From: Candidatus Poribacteria bacterium
GTDB lineage: Bacteria > Poribacteria > WGA-4E > WGA-3G
NCBI GenBank assembly: GCA_965198235.1
Contig: OZ240248.1
Location: 4,992,001 to 5,056,000 of the forward strand
DNA length: 64,000 nucleotides
Direction of reading: 5' to 3'
Shown: one piece after another, positions 18,233 through 27,435 of the stretch
How positions within the stretch are numbered: position 1 is the first letter of the stretch
Layout of the letters: every line of letters starts with the position of its first letter
Program-made: the position numbers and the translations under genes
Notes under the pieces: generated by a model
What the model was told of the DNA's origin: nothing
Database searches by the model: none
What the model saw: only the letters and a program-made list of their open reading frames with translations

Positions 18233-20032
18233 TTAATCTGGGTTGGCATTGAATTGGAGGACGTTCATCGTGTTGTCAACTGCCATTTGGTAACTCCATC
18301 CACCTGTGTAGTCCCCTGAATGGACAGTTACGGTATTCCATCCTGCTTTCAGCGGTAATTCAACATAGGCTCTACCGGAAAACAGATGCTCTCCAGGTCT
18401 CGCTGCAGTACTCAACTCAACGCCGTTAATGAAGAGTCTGCCGAGGTTGCTTCCCCAACGGATTTCTGCAAAAACCTTCCGTGCGTCAGGGCTTTTGATG
18501 TGGGTTACCCCATAAGCGGATGCCCACTCAGGCTTATCAAAAACCCCATCCAAGTTAACGGATCCCGAATCAACGTGGTGTTCCTGCCACTGGATGTCTC
18601 CATGCTTCCCTTGGTAGGTTTTATCAGCAGACTTGTCGTATGTGGGTGGGATTTCAGCGACGAAATCCGACGGAACGATATTCGATGCAGCAAGTTCCTC
18701 TGGAACATCAAGCCTGAAGGTACCAAGAAGCATCCAATCGGTGAGTTGCTGCATCACCGATGGTTCAACCGGATAAACCATTTCGGTTCGCCGGTACAGT
18801 TGTTCACCACCGTACAGCACAGAATAGTCATAAATTGGCAAAGGCAGCAGTGCCTCCGATGCTGCAGAGAGAACAACACTTCCTGTCGCGTCCTGCCCGG
18901 GTTTGAGAACAAATGCAAGCTGATTTGGTGCTATTTGCCAGTTTTCACTTGAATGGAAAACGAGGTCGACCTCGACATCTTTTTCCAACTTATTTTTCAA
19001 CGCGATTTCAAGTTTTCCATTAGAAGAGAGAAGTTCCGGTTCAATTTTAAGTTGAGACTTAAGTGTGATTAAATCTCTGAGTTTCTCTTTGAATTCAGCA
19101 GTTGAAAGGTCAGCAGAATAGATGTTTCCAGGTTCAACGATAGCGACATTAATTTCGTTTCCATCTACTGTCACGATACTGTAATGATCAAAGGCACCGT
19201 ATTCCCGCACTTCTCGCTGTGTGAATCCACCACCTGTTGCGCCGAGTACGAAGTATCGCCGGTCGTTGCGCGTGTGCAACGTCAAGTTATGATAGTGTCC
19301 AGCGAACACGGTGTATGCCCGATCGGCGAGTGCATCTTCAAATTGTGACCAGCCGGAGTCTTCATGTAGCCATGCCGGTTTGTGTAGCATGACGAAGGTA
19401 TGGCGTACATCCTTGTGCTGCACTAATTTGTCCGTTATATATGCGATCTGGGCATCGCCAAACCATGTTCCTGTCCATCCCTCACTGTCTTCAGGTAGAC
19501 TGTGTTTTTCTTCTGTGTTGAGTAGGAGAAATAGACAGCCTTTATAGGTAAATGCTGAATAGGTGCGTCCAAGATGTTTCTGCCAATAGTCGTACATCAT
19601 CGGATTTGTAATATCGTGATTGCCCGGCAGCGGCAGAAATGGGACGATTAGATCGGATTCGTGTTGCCAGAATTCTTTCCATTCCGTTTCGACCTGCGCC
19701 ACGTCACTTGTATACCCTTGTATCAAATCCCCCACCATAATGGCGAAGTCGGGTTTCAGAACATTGATTTCATCGATTGCCCGGTCAAATATGTGCCACT
19801 TGTCGTAACCTCCTCCTGTTTTATCACCGATAATAGCGAAACTGAACTTGTCTGGATCGTCCGAGAATGGACGTTCAACGATCGGCATTCGCTCTGGAAA
19901 ATTGGGTGTTTGGGCGGTGACTATAGTGATAGTGCCAAGGATAAGGGCAAGGCATAAAACAAGGCCTGCTGCAATTTTAGCGAAACTTAACGATTTCCAA
20001 GATTGCGCCGTCTGTTTATACGTACGAAACAT
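18233..20032 (-). CDS. Secreted calcineurin-like metallophosphoesterase with C-terminal beta domains
   Basis: Signal peptide; IIGD, VGDL, PGNHD, LHKP, FAGHYH. Confidence 0.85.
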   Translation of the reverse strand: MFRTYKQTAQSWKSLSFAKIAAGLVLCLALILGTITIVTAQTPNFPERMPIVERPFSDDPDKFSFAIIGDKTGGGYDKWHIFDRAIDEINVLKPDFAIMVGDLIQGYTSDVAQVETEWKEFWQHESDLIVPFLPLPGNHDITNPMMYDYWQKHLGRTYSAFTYKGCLFLLLNTEEKHSLPEDSEGWTGTWFGDAQIAYITDKLVQHKDVRHTFVMLHKPAWLHEDSGWSQFEDALADRAYTVFAGHYHNLTLHTRNDRRYFVLGATGGGFTQREVREYGAFDHYSIVTVDGNEINVAIVEPGNIYSADLSTAEFKEKLRDLITLKSQLKIEPELLSSNGKLEIALKNKLEKDVEVDLVFHSSENWQIAPNQLAFVLKPGQDATGSVVLSAASEALLPLPIYDYSVLYGGEQLYRRTEMVYPVEPSVMQQLTDWMLLGTFRLDVPEELAASNIVPSDFVAEIPPTYDKSADKTYQGKHGDIQWQEHHVDSGSVNLDGVFDKPEWASAYGVTHIKSPDARKVFAEIRWGSNLGRLFINGVELSTAARPGEHLFSGRAYVELPLKAGWNTVTVHSGDYTGGWSYQMAVDNTMNVLQFNANPD

Positions 20033-20380
20033 TTAATTTTCAGCCTCCTCTGAATGCGGGGTAAAGGTTCTCACTAATTTCCTTTGTTTCAACAGCGTCA
20101 CGTGTTGAAAACTCTATCAATGCTGTGTCGGTGTCATGAAAATACGTCACTTTCACTGGGGTTCTCCCTTAAAATTCCTGTCGAAAAAGGCGTTATGAAG
20201 GATGCGGCATAAAAACCATCTCACTTTCAAAAAACGGGCATTTAGATTTTAAAGATAGGATAGAGTATCTACACAAATTGCGTGTATCTGCTGGCTGACG
20301 AGGTTTTCAACTTTGCCTTTTTCTACACAGTTCATGGAAGTGTCTGTAGCTACCACAGGCAACTACAGACATTCACTGCA

Positions 20381-21034
20381 TTAAATCGAAAAACTACCGA
20401 CAAAGACGTTGTTCTCTGTGCCACTTTGCTGCCATGTCACCGGGAGGTGAGTGTCCTTATAGCGATAAACTTCGGATTTACCGACAATGGCGTTCTGAAT
20501 CGTTGTCAGCGGTTTGTACCAGATCTGATGGGGTTGTGTACATCCGGCACACGGATAGCGGTTGGCAGAAAGTTTGAGAACTTCGCCAACGGTTACATCA
20601 TATTTGGTGCCTTTTTTCGTGAATTCAATGGAAGCGGTCTGGGTCGCGACGACTCCGCCCAAAACATCAGCGTATTTCGTCGTGAGCATATCGCTGAGCG
20701 CGGCACGCTGTTCCGGCGTAGTGCTTGGATCCATGTACAGTACACTCTTACGGGTTTTGGTCTCGATTGCCAAGTTGTTTTTCGCACTAACGACGGCGAC
20801 GACGGTTAGGTTCTCCAGCGAAACGTCATTCCAACTTCCATTCTGAACGTTCCAGACCAGGGTTGCCTCTCTGCCACCTTCCACATATTCGGCACCAAAG
20901 TGGCATGCCCCGACATAAACACTCGCAGAACGGGCTTCAATGTATTCGCCTTGCACAGTAGGTGATTCGGTCGCAAAAGCGAAACCTGCTATGAAGGTCA
21001 GCGCGAGTATTGTCAAAACAAAGATATTTCTCAT
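20381..21034 (-). CDS. Secreted DUF1326-like protein
   Basis: Signal peptide; GEYIEARSASVYVGACH, DPSTTPEQRAAL; start after GGGAG. Confidence 0.7.
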   Translation of the reverse strand: MRNIFVLTILALTFIAGFAFATESPTVQGEYIEARSASVYVGACHFGAEYVEGGREATLVWNVQNGSWNDVSLENLTVVAVVSAKNNLAIETKTRKSVLYMDPSTTPEQRAALSDMLTTKYADVLGGVVATQTASIEFTKKGTKYDVTVGEVLKLSANRYPCAGCTQPHQIWYKPLTTIQNAIVGKSEVYRYKDTHLPVTWQQSGTENNVFVGSFSI

Positions 21035-21317
21035 CTTGATTTCTCCCTTTTTTTGGGGATTTACCTTACTAAACACAATAGTAACATTATAGCCATTTAA
21101 CCTTAACCCTTATTATATCTTAAATAAATTAAAAAAGCAATCTTTTTTATAATTGTTTATTTACCCCATTTTTTATAGGAGGTTTGTGTTGAAAAGGTAT
21201 TGATAGAAAATGTATAGGAAAGTCAGGACTAAATTTAAACGGATCATTACTATATTTTTCCTTACATCTGGGACGGTTAAAAGACCACACCTCCCTGGAA
21301 TTAGGACTGAGGTAGCG

Positions 21318-22172
21318 TTATTTCCCGGCTTCCGCTAATAGGCGATGGAGCGTTCCGCCTAAAATCTCTGCTTTGTCTGCCTCTGGAATAAACGTACAGT
21401 GTGTTCGGAACGCCTCAAGCGCGTGTTGATAGGTCATAAAGTTCCGAACAACTGGGTAGTCGGACCCCCAACAGAGACGACCGGGACCGAAGTGTTCATA
21501 GAGTGCGCGCACAATCCAGTGCGTATCTGATTGTGGATAATCCCACGAGACCTGTGAGACATAAGCGAAACCCGACATCTTGATATGAATGTTCGGCACG
21601 TTTCCCGATGCAAGCACCTGCTTGAGTTGTGGATACGGATACTCTTCACCGGCTCGCGCACCACCCATGTGATGGCACAGAAATGGCACAGTCGGGAACT
21701 GCGCTGCGAGTTTTCCGAGTGCCTCGTGCTGATGGCTTCCCATAGCGATGCTGGCGATTAGCCCTAATTCGGCGGTCGTTTGGAAGAAACGTTGCCCTTC
21801 CTCTGAAAAGAACCAACTCCCATCGTCATCACCTCTGAGATAGTGGGTATAGCCTTTGAGGGCGTACGCTTCCGCTGCAGTTTTCAATCGATCAGCTGCA
21901 CCATCCGTATGATACGTCTCTGTCCATGAGCAGTCCACATCAGCGAATTGGATGAGCCGCTCAGGGTAGCGTTTGACGCACGCTGCGACGTAATCGTTGT
22001 TTTCGGGGTTCCGATCGATGCGTGCGCAGATAAGCACAGCCCTGTCGATGTCGTGCAGATCCATTTCGTGGAGCAGTTGTTCAACCTTGCCACGGCTCTC
22101 ATCATCAGGAACGGGCGGTTGATAGGGCCACCGGGGCCATGCGTGGGTATGTGAATCAATTATTATCGTCAT
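21318..22172 (-). CDS. Amidohydrolase_2 family protein
   Basis: IDSHTHAW, CHHMG, IKMSG, WGSDYP. Confidence 0.9.
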   Translation of the reverse strand: MTIIIDSHTHAWPRWPYQPPVPDDESRGKVEQLLHEMDLHDIDRAVLICARIDRNPENNDYVAACVKRYPERLIQFADVDCSWTETYHTDGAADRLKTAAEAYALKGYTHYLRGDDDGSWFFSEEGQRFFQTTAELGLIASIAMGSHQHEALGKLAAQFPTVPFLCHHMGGARAGEEYPYPQLKQVLASGNVPNIHIKMSGFAYVSQVSWDYPQSDTHWIVRALYEHFGPGRLCWGSDYPVVRNFMTYQHALEAFRTHCTFIPEADKAEILGGTLHRLLAEAGK

Positions 22173-22362
22173 TTCTCATCCTGTGCAGCACACTACACAA
22201 ATGTCGCCCCGCTGGGGCTAAAGAGCATATATTCACAGCACATTCTATAGACGCCTTGAAAGGTATTTCCACCTGAGAACGCGCTTCCTGTTGTGAAAAA
22301 TACGTCCATTTTTCTAAAATTGACACCTATGGTGCGTTTGTCCCTCAACTCCGTTGGAATTT

Positions 22363-22782
22363 CTAAGGGCTTATAATGTATTTTTGCTTAAGTGCTTCTA
22401 TTTCTCGTGACAATTCTTCTATTTTTCTGTCTTGTGCCCGTTCGTTTTGTCCCCGCCACGCGATGATAATCTGCGGGATGCCTACAGTTACAACAATGAG
22501 AATTATGAGCGCGGATACGAATCCTATGACCAAGGTAAGCCGTTTGTCAAAACTCTCAAATTTGGTGTCAACATACCCTTTCATATTCAACTCGGATTTC
22601 GCTATTTCTTCTCTGAGCCGCGTCTCAGATGCAGCAATTTCTTTTCTGAGCTGCGTCTCAGATGCAGAAACCTCCTCTTTAACAATCAAACGAATTTTGT
22701 CAAGATCTTGAGAAGTTAAGTCCCCAACGGCGGATGGCACGATCACCAAAAATGCAGTATAGAAAAATATAGTAAATTTCAT
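22363..22782 (-). CDS. Small coiled-coil membrane protein with 11-aa tandem repeat
   Basis: Signal peptide, repeats SETQLRKEIAA/SETRLREEIAK (33-nt tandem repeat 22601-22666), C-terminal TM. Confidence 0.7.
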   Translation of the reverse strand: MKFTIFFYTAFLVIVPSAVGDLTSQDLDKIRLIVKEEVSASETQLRKEIAASETRLREEIAKSELNMKGYVDTKFESFDKRLTLVIGFVSALIILIVVTVGIPQIIIAWRGQNERAQDRKIEELSREIEALKQKYIISP

Positions 22783-22917
22783 CACAAACTCCTTTTTCAC
22801 ATATAGTACATCACATTTTTGGGACTTTGTCAACTTGAAATTTGATTTGGGGTCGGGGCTATTCGTTTTCAGCGGTCAGTAAGATCGCGAGCACAGCTCG
22901 CTCCTACAACAAACGGT

Positions 22918-24447
22918 TCACTTTAATCCCAGCATCAGGGCACCCAACTCTTGTTTGTTTGTTTCTGCAGGCTTCACAACACCGACAATTTTGCCATCGT
23001 ACATCACTGCGATCCTGTCGCTAAGGTGAAGGAGTTCGTCTAATTCAGAGGAGACGAGTAAAACGGCTTTGGCGCGGTTACGGGCATGAATAAGCCGTGT
23101 GTGGACGAATTCCGCTGCATGGATGTCTAAGCCTCGTGTTGGGTGCGCAGCAATGATAACTTCAGGATGTGCCTCTAACTCGCGCGCGACGACGACCTTC
23201 TGCTGATTCCCACCGGAAAGGGTCCGTATCGGATCTGTGATATCTCCAACACGAATTTGGTATTTGTCGAGGGCATTCAGTGCATACCGTTGAATTGATT
23301 TTCGCTGAAGCAGTTCATAGCGGCAGAATCGACTGTGTTTATGATGTCCGATGATGAAGTTATCGTCAATTCGGTCGTTCAAACTAATACCGTGTCGGTG
23401 TCTATCGGCGGGGACGTGCGCGATCGGTTCCCCGTTTAGCGTGAGCCTACCGCTATCAATCTGCCGTAACCCTGTCAGGACCTGAACGAGTTCCATTTGT
23501 CCGTTCCCTTCCACGCCTGCTATGCCGACAATTTCACCGGGGAACACCTCAAGGTTAACTTCGTTGAGATGTCGTTTGTTGGACGCTCTATTTGTCAGGA
23601 CCTTTTTCCATTTATGCCTTCTTATAACGTCAGAACCTCCAGTGAGTGTGACGTTTTCCAAACGGAGCAGAGGTGTTGCGCCTGTCGTCTGTTCTCGCGT
23701 CACAGAGGCAGGGATAACAGGTTCGCCGAGAATTATTTCCGCCAACGTTGCCGGATCGGTATCGTCGATCGGACAGGAGGCGACGGCTTGCCCGCGTCGC
23801 ATTACCGTGACGGTGTCGGCGATTGCCATCACTTCATCGAGTTTGTGTGTGATGATAATGAGGCTTTTCCCTTCACTTTTGAGGTTGCGCATACAATTAA
23901 AAAGTCCTTCGACCTCTTGTGGTGCGAGCACGGCTGTCGGTTCATCCATGATGAGGATGTCTGCACCGTGGTAGAGGACTTTCAGGATTTCGGTGTGTTG
24001 TTGTGCACCAATCGGCAGAGATTCAACAGAGGTGTTCAGTGGTACATCGAAACCGAGCTGCGCTGCAAGCACTGCAATCTGTTCTCCTGCCTGTTGATAA
24101 TCAAGGAGCGCACCAAATTTGCGAGGCTCTTTGGCAAGGACGATGTTTTGAAGAGCCGTGAAGACGGGAATGAGCGTGAAGTGCTGCTGGACCATTCCCA
24201 AACCGAGGTGCATCGCGCGCCGTGGCGAGGAGATAATTACGGCACGTCCATCGACGAAAATCTCGCCTGCATCGGGTTGATACAGACCGTAGAGGATTTT
24301 CATCAGGGTAGACTTGCCTGCTCCGTTTTCGCCAACAATCGCGTGGATCTCACCCCGATGGAGCGTGAAATCTACAGCGTCGTTTGCCTGCACTTGTCCA
24401 AAATGCTTGCTGATGCCACGCATCTTGATGATTGGTGGATGTGTCAT
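22918..24447 (-). CDS. Nucleoside/sugar ABC transporter ATP-binding protein (two NBDs)
   Basis: GENGAGKSTL, MDEPT, LSGGNQQK, PTRGLD. Confidence 0.92.
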   Translation of the reverse strand: MTHPPIIKMRGISKHFGQVQANDAVDFTLHRGEIHAIVGENGAGKSTLMKILYGLYQPDAGEIFVDGRAVIISSPRRAMHLGLGMVQQHFTLIPVFTALQNIVLAKEPRKFGALLDYQQAGEQIAVLAAQLGFDVPLNTSVESLPIGAQQHTEILKVLYHGADILIMDEPTAVLAPQEVEGLFNCMRNLKSEGKSLIIITHKLDEVMAIADTVTVMRRGQAVASCPIDDTDPATLAEIILGEPVIPASVTREQTTGATPLLRLENVTLTGGSDVIRRHKWKKVLTNRASNKRHLNEVNLEVFPGEIVGIAGVEGNGQMELVQVLTGLRQIDSGRLTLNGEPIAHVPADRHRHGISLNDRIDDNFIIGHHKHSRFCRYELLQRKSIQRYALNALDKYQIRVGDITDPIRTLSGGNQQKVVVARELEAHPEVIIAAHPTRGLDIHAAEFVHTRLIHARNRAKAVLLVSSELDELLHLSDRIAVMYDGKIVGVVKPAETNKQELGALMLGLK

Positions 24448-24449
24448 CT

Positions 24450-25427
24450 CTACTGCCGTTCGTATGGGACAATAATGTCGCCCGAGATAATTTTCGCTTT
24501 AAATGCTTCGACCTGTTCCAAAATCTCGTCCGGGAGAAGGGCACGGTTGACATCATCAACGATGTACTCAACACCCCCCTCTTTAAGCCCGTAATTTTTC
24601 AAACCGCCAGAGAAATTCCCTTCTTGGACGCTCTTTATCGTCTCATAAACCGATATTTCCACGCCTTTGATAACACTCGTGAGGACTAAACCGGGGGCGA
24701 GGTTGTTACCGTTAGAATCGACCCAGATAATAGATTTTTGTGTCGCTTTTGCTGCCTCAAGAACACCCAGACCACTCGCACCTGCAGCCGCAAGGATAAT
24801 GTCAATTCCACGGTTGTATTGCGTGAGAGCGAGTTCTTTCGCTTTCGCTGGATCGTTGAATGCTTGCGGTGTAACACCTACGTAATCCGCTACCAGTTCA
24901 AGATCGGGATTTGTTGCCTTAATACCGGCGCGATAGCCGATTTCAAAAGCCTCAACCAGCGGCACCTTCATCCCTCCGATGAAACCTATCTGCTTTGTCT
25001 CTGTTTTCAACGCTGAAATGACCCCTGCGAGAAATGTGCCTTCGTGTGCTCGGTAGGTCAGCGAGGCGACGTTGGGTTGTTCTATGACTGCGTCGATAAG
25101 CGCGAACTTAACATCCGGGAAATCGCTTGAGACACGATTCATCGGTTCTTGAAAAAGGAAACCGACCCCGATGATAAGATCGTATTTCAGTTTCGCGAGC
25201 CTGCGGAGCGTCAACTCGGTATCTGTGCTGAGGCTTGGGGTAACCTCTGTGAGTTTAAATCCCCATTCGTCTTCTGCTTTTTTCGCGCCTGCGTAGGCGG
25301 CATCACAGAATGAGAGATCGCCGCGCCCGGTGACATCGTAGATGAGACCGACTTTCAGTGCCGCGGATGCCGTTTCTATCATAGCAAAGCATACGATAAA
25401 AAGTGTGATTAAAATCCTTATACGCAA
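24450..25427 (-). CDS. BMP-family ABC substrate-binding protein
   Basis: GRGDLSF, IGVGF, FNDPAKAKELA, AAAGASGLGV. Confidence 0.9.
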   Translation of the reverse strand: MRIRILITLFIVCFAMIETASAALKVGLIYDVTGRGDLSFCDAAYAGAKKAEDEWGFKLTEVTPSLSTDTELTLRRLAKLKYDLIIGVGFLFQEPMNRVSSDFPDVKFALIDAVIEQPNVASLTYRAHEGTFLAGVISALKTETKQIGFIGGMKVPLVEAFEIGYRAGIKATNPDLELVADYVGVTPQAFNDPAKAKELALTQYNRGIDIILAAAGASGLGVLEAAKATQKSIIWVDSNGNNLAPGLVLTSVIKGVEISVYETIKSVQEGNFSGGLKNYGLKEGGVEYIVDDVNRALLPDEILEQVEAFKAKIISGDIIVPYERQ

Positions 25428-25584
25428 AATGTTTTCCTTTCTAATTCCGTAGTTCTATGATGGAGAGAGCCTAAGACTATCTCAATACTATTTAACATAC
25501 ACGATAATTGGGTCAAATGCAAGTGTTATTGTGGTTCTAATGCCCTTGTGAAGCTATTTGGTTTTTCATACTTCAAGTTAGTCG

Positions 25585-25662
25585 GTTCGTAGTAGGGAAA
25601 CCATTCATTGCCCGTTATACACAGTTTTAGAACGTGCGATGAATCGCACGACTACAAACACA
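25585..25662. repeat. GTAG-type REP doublet
   Basis: 33-nt GAACGTGCGATGAATCGCACGACTACAAACACA at 25630-25662 is identical to 45338-45370. Confidence 0.8.
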
Positions 25663-25816
25663 TTCCCTCGTAGTCTGAAAACTATTTATTATCTGTTAAT
25701 TCCGAGCAATCCGATACGCGGAAGAGTCGGGGTTAGAAACCCCTCCCACAAGGTATTAAAATGTCCAAGTAATTCTATATTTTACTATAAATACCCTAAC
25801 ATTCTTGAAGTTAATG

Positions 25817-25845
25817 TTGACTTTTTTGATTTTTAACGTTATTCT
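25817..25845 (+). promoter_or_regulatory. Candidate sigma70 promoter
   Basis: TTGACT-N17-TATTCT upstream of 25932. Confidence 0.45.
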
Positions 25846-25931
25846 ATTTGTAGGATTTCTGCTATCACTACGATGACAGAAATGTATCGACAAGTTCTAA
25901 ATTGTATTGACGGAAAACAGGAGGAGAAGAT

Positions 25932-26615
25932 ATGAGAATGGCTATTAGATTCTCAAAGTTAATCGTCTTGAATCTCATCGTGCTTTTGGGGGTCGCGTTT
26001 TCGCTACCAACTTTCGCAGGCACCCAATTGTGGGACTTTGAGGAAAAGCACGATGACTGGAAAGTCGCGAACGGAAATTGGGAAATCAAGGGCGGTATCT
26101 ACCAACTCGAAAGAGGCGGTAGAGCCGAACATTCTCTCGTCGGCGAAGAGGACTGGGACGACTACACCGTCGAAGCCAAGATCCGGATGGACGAAGGCAA
26201 TTGGGCAGGCTTAATCTTTCGAGCACAAAGTGAGCATGAGTATTACATCTACTACCTGAACGTTCCGAACAACAAGTCTGAGCTTTGGCGGCATAACAAA
26301 GGGGCGTGGGATTCGCGTGTCGCGATTACCAGTAATATTCCCGCCACTAAAAAAGTGAAGATAGAGAACGAAGAGTGGTATGATGTTAAAGTAATCGTTG
26401 AAGACGGTATCTTCCAACTGCATATCAACGGTGAACTTCAGAGTGAACAGAAAGACGATGCCTACAAAACCGGCAAGATCGGTGTGTGGGGATGGGAAAC
26501 CGCCGCGAGTTTTGATGATGTCACTATTACCGGCGATAATGTCATAGATACCCTTGCCGTTGATGCGAATCACAAGCTCGCAACAACATGGGGTCGCCTC
26601 AAACGGGTCTATTAA
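25932..26615 (+). CDS. Secreted DUF1080 (3-keto-disaccharide hydrolase-like) protein with TWG tail
   Basis: WDDYTVEAKIR, AGLIFRAQ, GKIGVW, FDDVTITG; tail AVDANHKLATTWGRLK. Confidence 0.8.
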   Translation: MRMAIRFSKLIVLNLIVLLGVAFSLPTFAGTQLWDFEEKHDDWKVANGNWEIKGGIYQLERGGRAEHSLVGEEDWDDYTVEAKIRMDEGNWAGLIFRAQSEHEYYIYYLNVPNNKSELWRHNKGAWDSRVAITSNIPATKKVKIENEEWYDVKVIVEDGIFQLHINGELQSEQKDDAYKTGKIGVWGWETAASFDDVTITGDNVIDTLAVDANHKLATTWGRLKRVY

Positions 26616-26766
26616 TTTTCGGTAAAGTTCAGCCTCAGAAGTTTTCTACACGAAAACCTTGTTGAAGACTTTTGAGGCAACCTTAATTTGGGCTTGTAGC
26701 CACGCTTAAGCATTTTCAAAGCGGTCTTCGGACAGGTTATCAAATATGGTTAGAAGGAGTGGTTTG

Positions 26767-27435
26767 ATGAAATATCTTTTTTCAATCGTTGTAAGTTGGT
26801 GTTTTCTCGTACTCGTAGCCTCCTTCGCTTTTGCGGGAGAGCAAGTATGGTCATTTGAAGCGGATGCAGACGACTGGGAACCTGCTAACGGTTCTTGGAG
26901 TATTGAAGATGGCATTTATAAACTCGCCAAAGGCGGTAGAGCCGAGCACTCTCTCGTCGGTGACGCTGAGTGGGAGGACTACACTGTTGAGGCGAAGGTT
27001 CGGCTTGATGAGGGAAATTGGGCAGGTGTTGTGTTTCGCGCCCAAAGCGAGATGGAATACTATGTTTACTATCTCAATGTCCCGAATAACAAAACTGAGC
27101 TATGGCGACATAAGACAGGGGCATGGGACGCTCGTGACAAGATCGGCGAACTCGCCGGAGCTAACATAACTGTCGCGAACGGCGAATGGTTTGACATGCG
27201 AATCGTCTTAGAAGGCACTTCGATGAAACTCTGGATTAACGGTGAAGACCAGGGTGAACTTAAGGATGAAACCGGTGCTGGATACCCCGCCGGGCAAGCC
27301 GGTGTCTGGGCGTGGGAAACTGCCGCGAGTTTTGATGATGTCACGGTCTCTGGAGACGCTATCGTCGGTCTTACTCCGGTGGAGCCGCAGGATAAATTGG
27401 CGACGACATGGGGACGTATTAAACAACGTTTTTAG
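26767..27435 (+). CDS. DUF1080 protein, tandem paralog
   Basis: Highly similar to 25932-26615; tail PVEPQDKLATTWGRIK. Confidence 0.8.
   Translation: MKYLFSIVVSWCFLVLVASFAFAGEQVWSFEADADDWEPANGSWSIEDGIYKLAKGGRAEHSLVGDAEWEDYTVEAKVRLDEGNWAGVVFRAQSEMEYYVYYLNVPNNKTELWRHKTGAWDARDKIGELAGANITVANGEWFDMRIVLEGTSMKLWINGEDQGELKDETGAGYPAGQAGVWAWETAASFDDVTVSGDAIVGLTPVEPQDKLATTWGRIKQRF

Noticed and set aside
18076-18249. N-terminal 58 aa of the 319-aa PhyH ORF
   Set aside because: It overlaps the upstream gene's end and looks non-coding; the RBS supports ATG at 18075.
23497-24594. Long 365-aa + strand ORF (also 1850-2602, 37264-37914, 18386-18952)
   Set aside because: Antisense shadows of well-supported genes, with no motifs.
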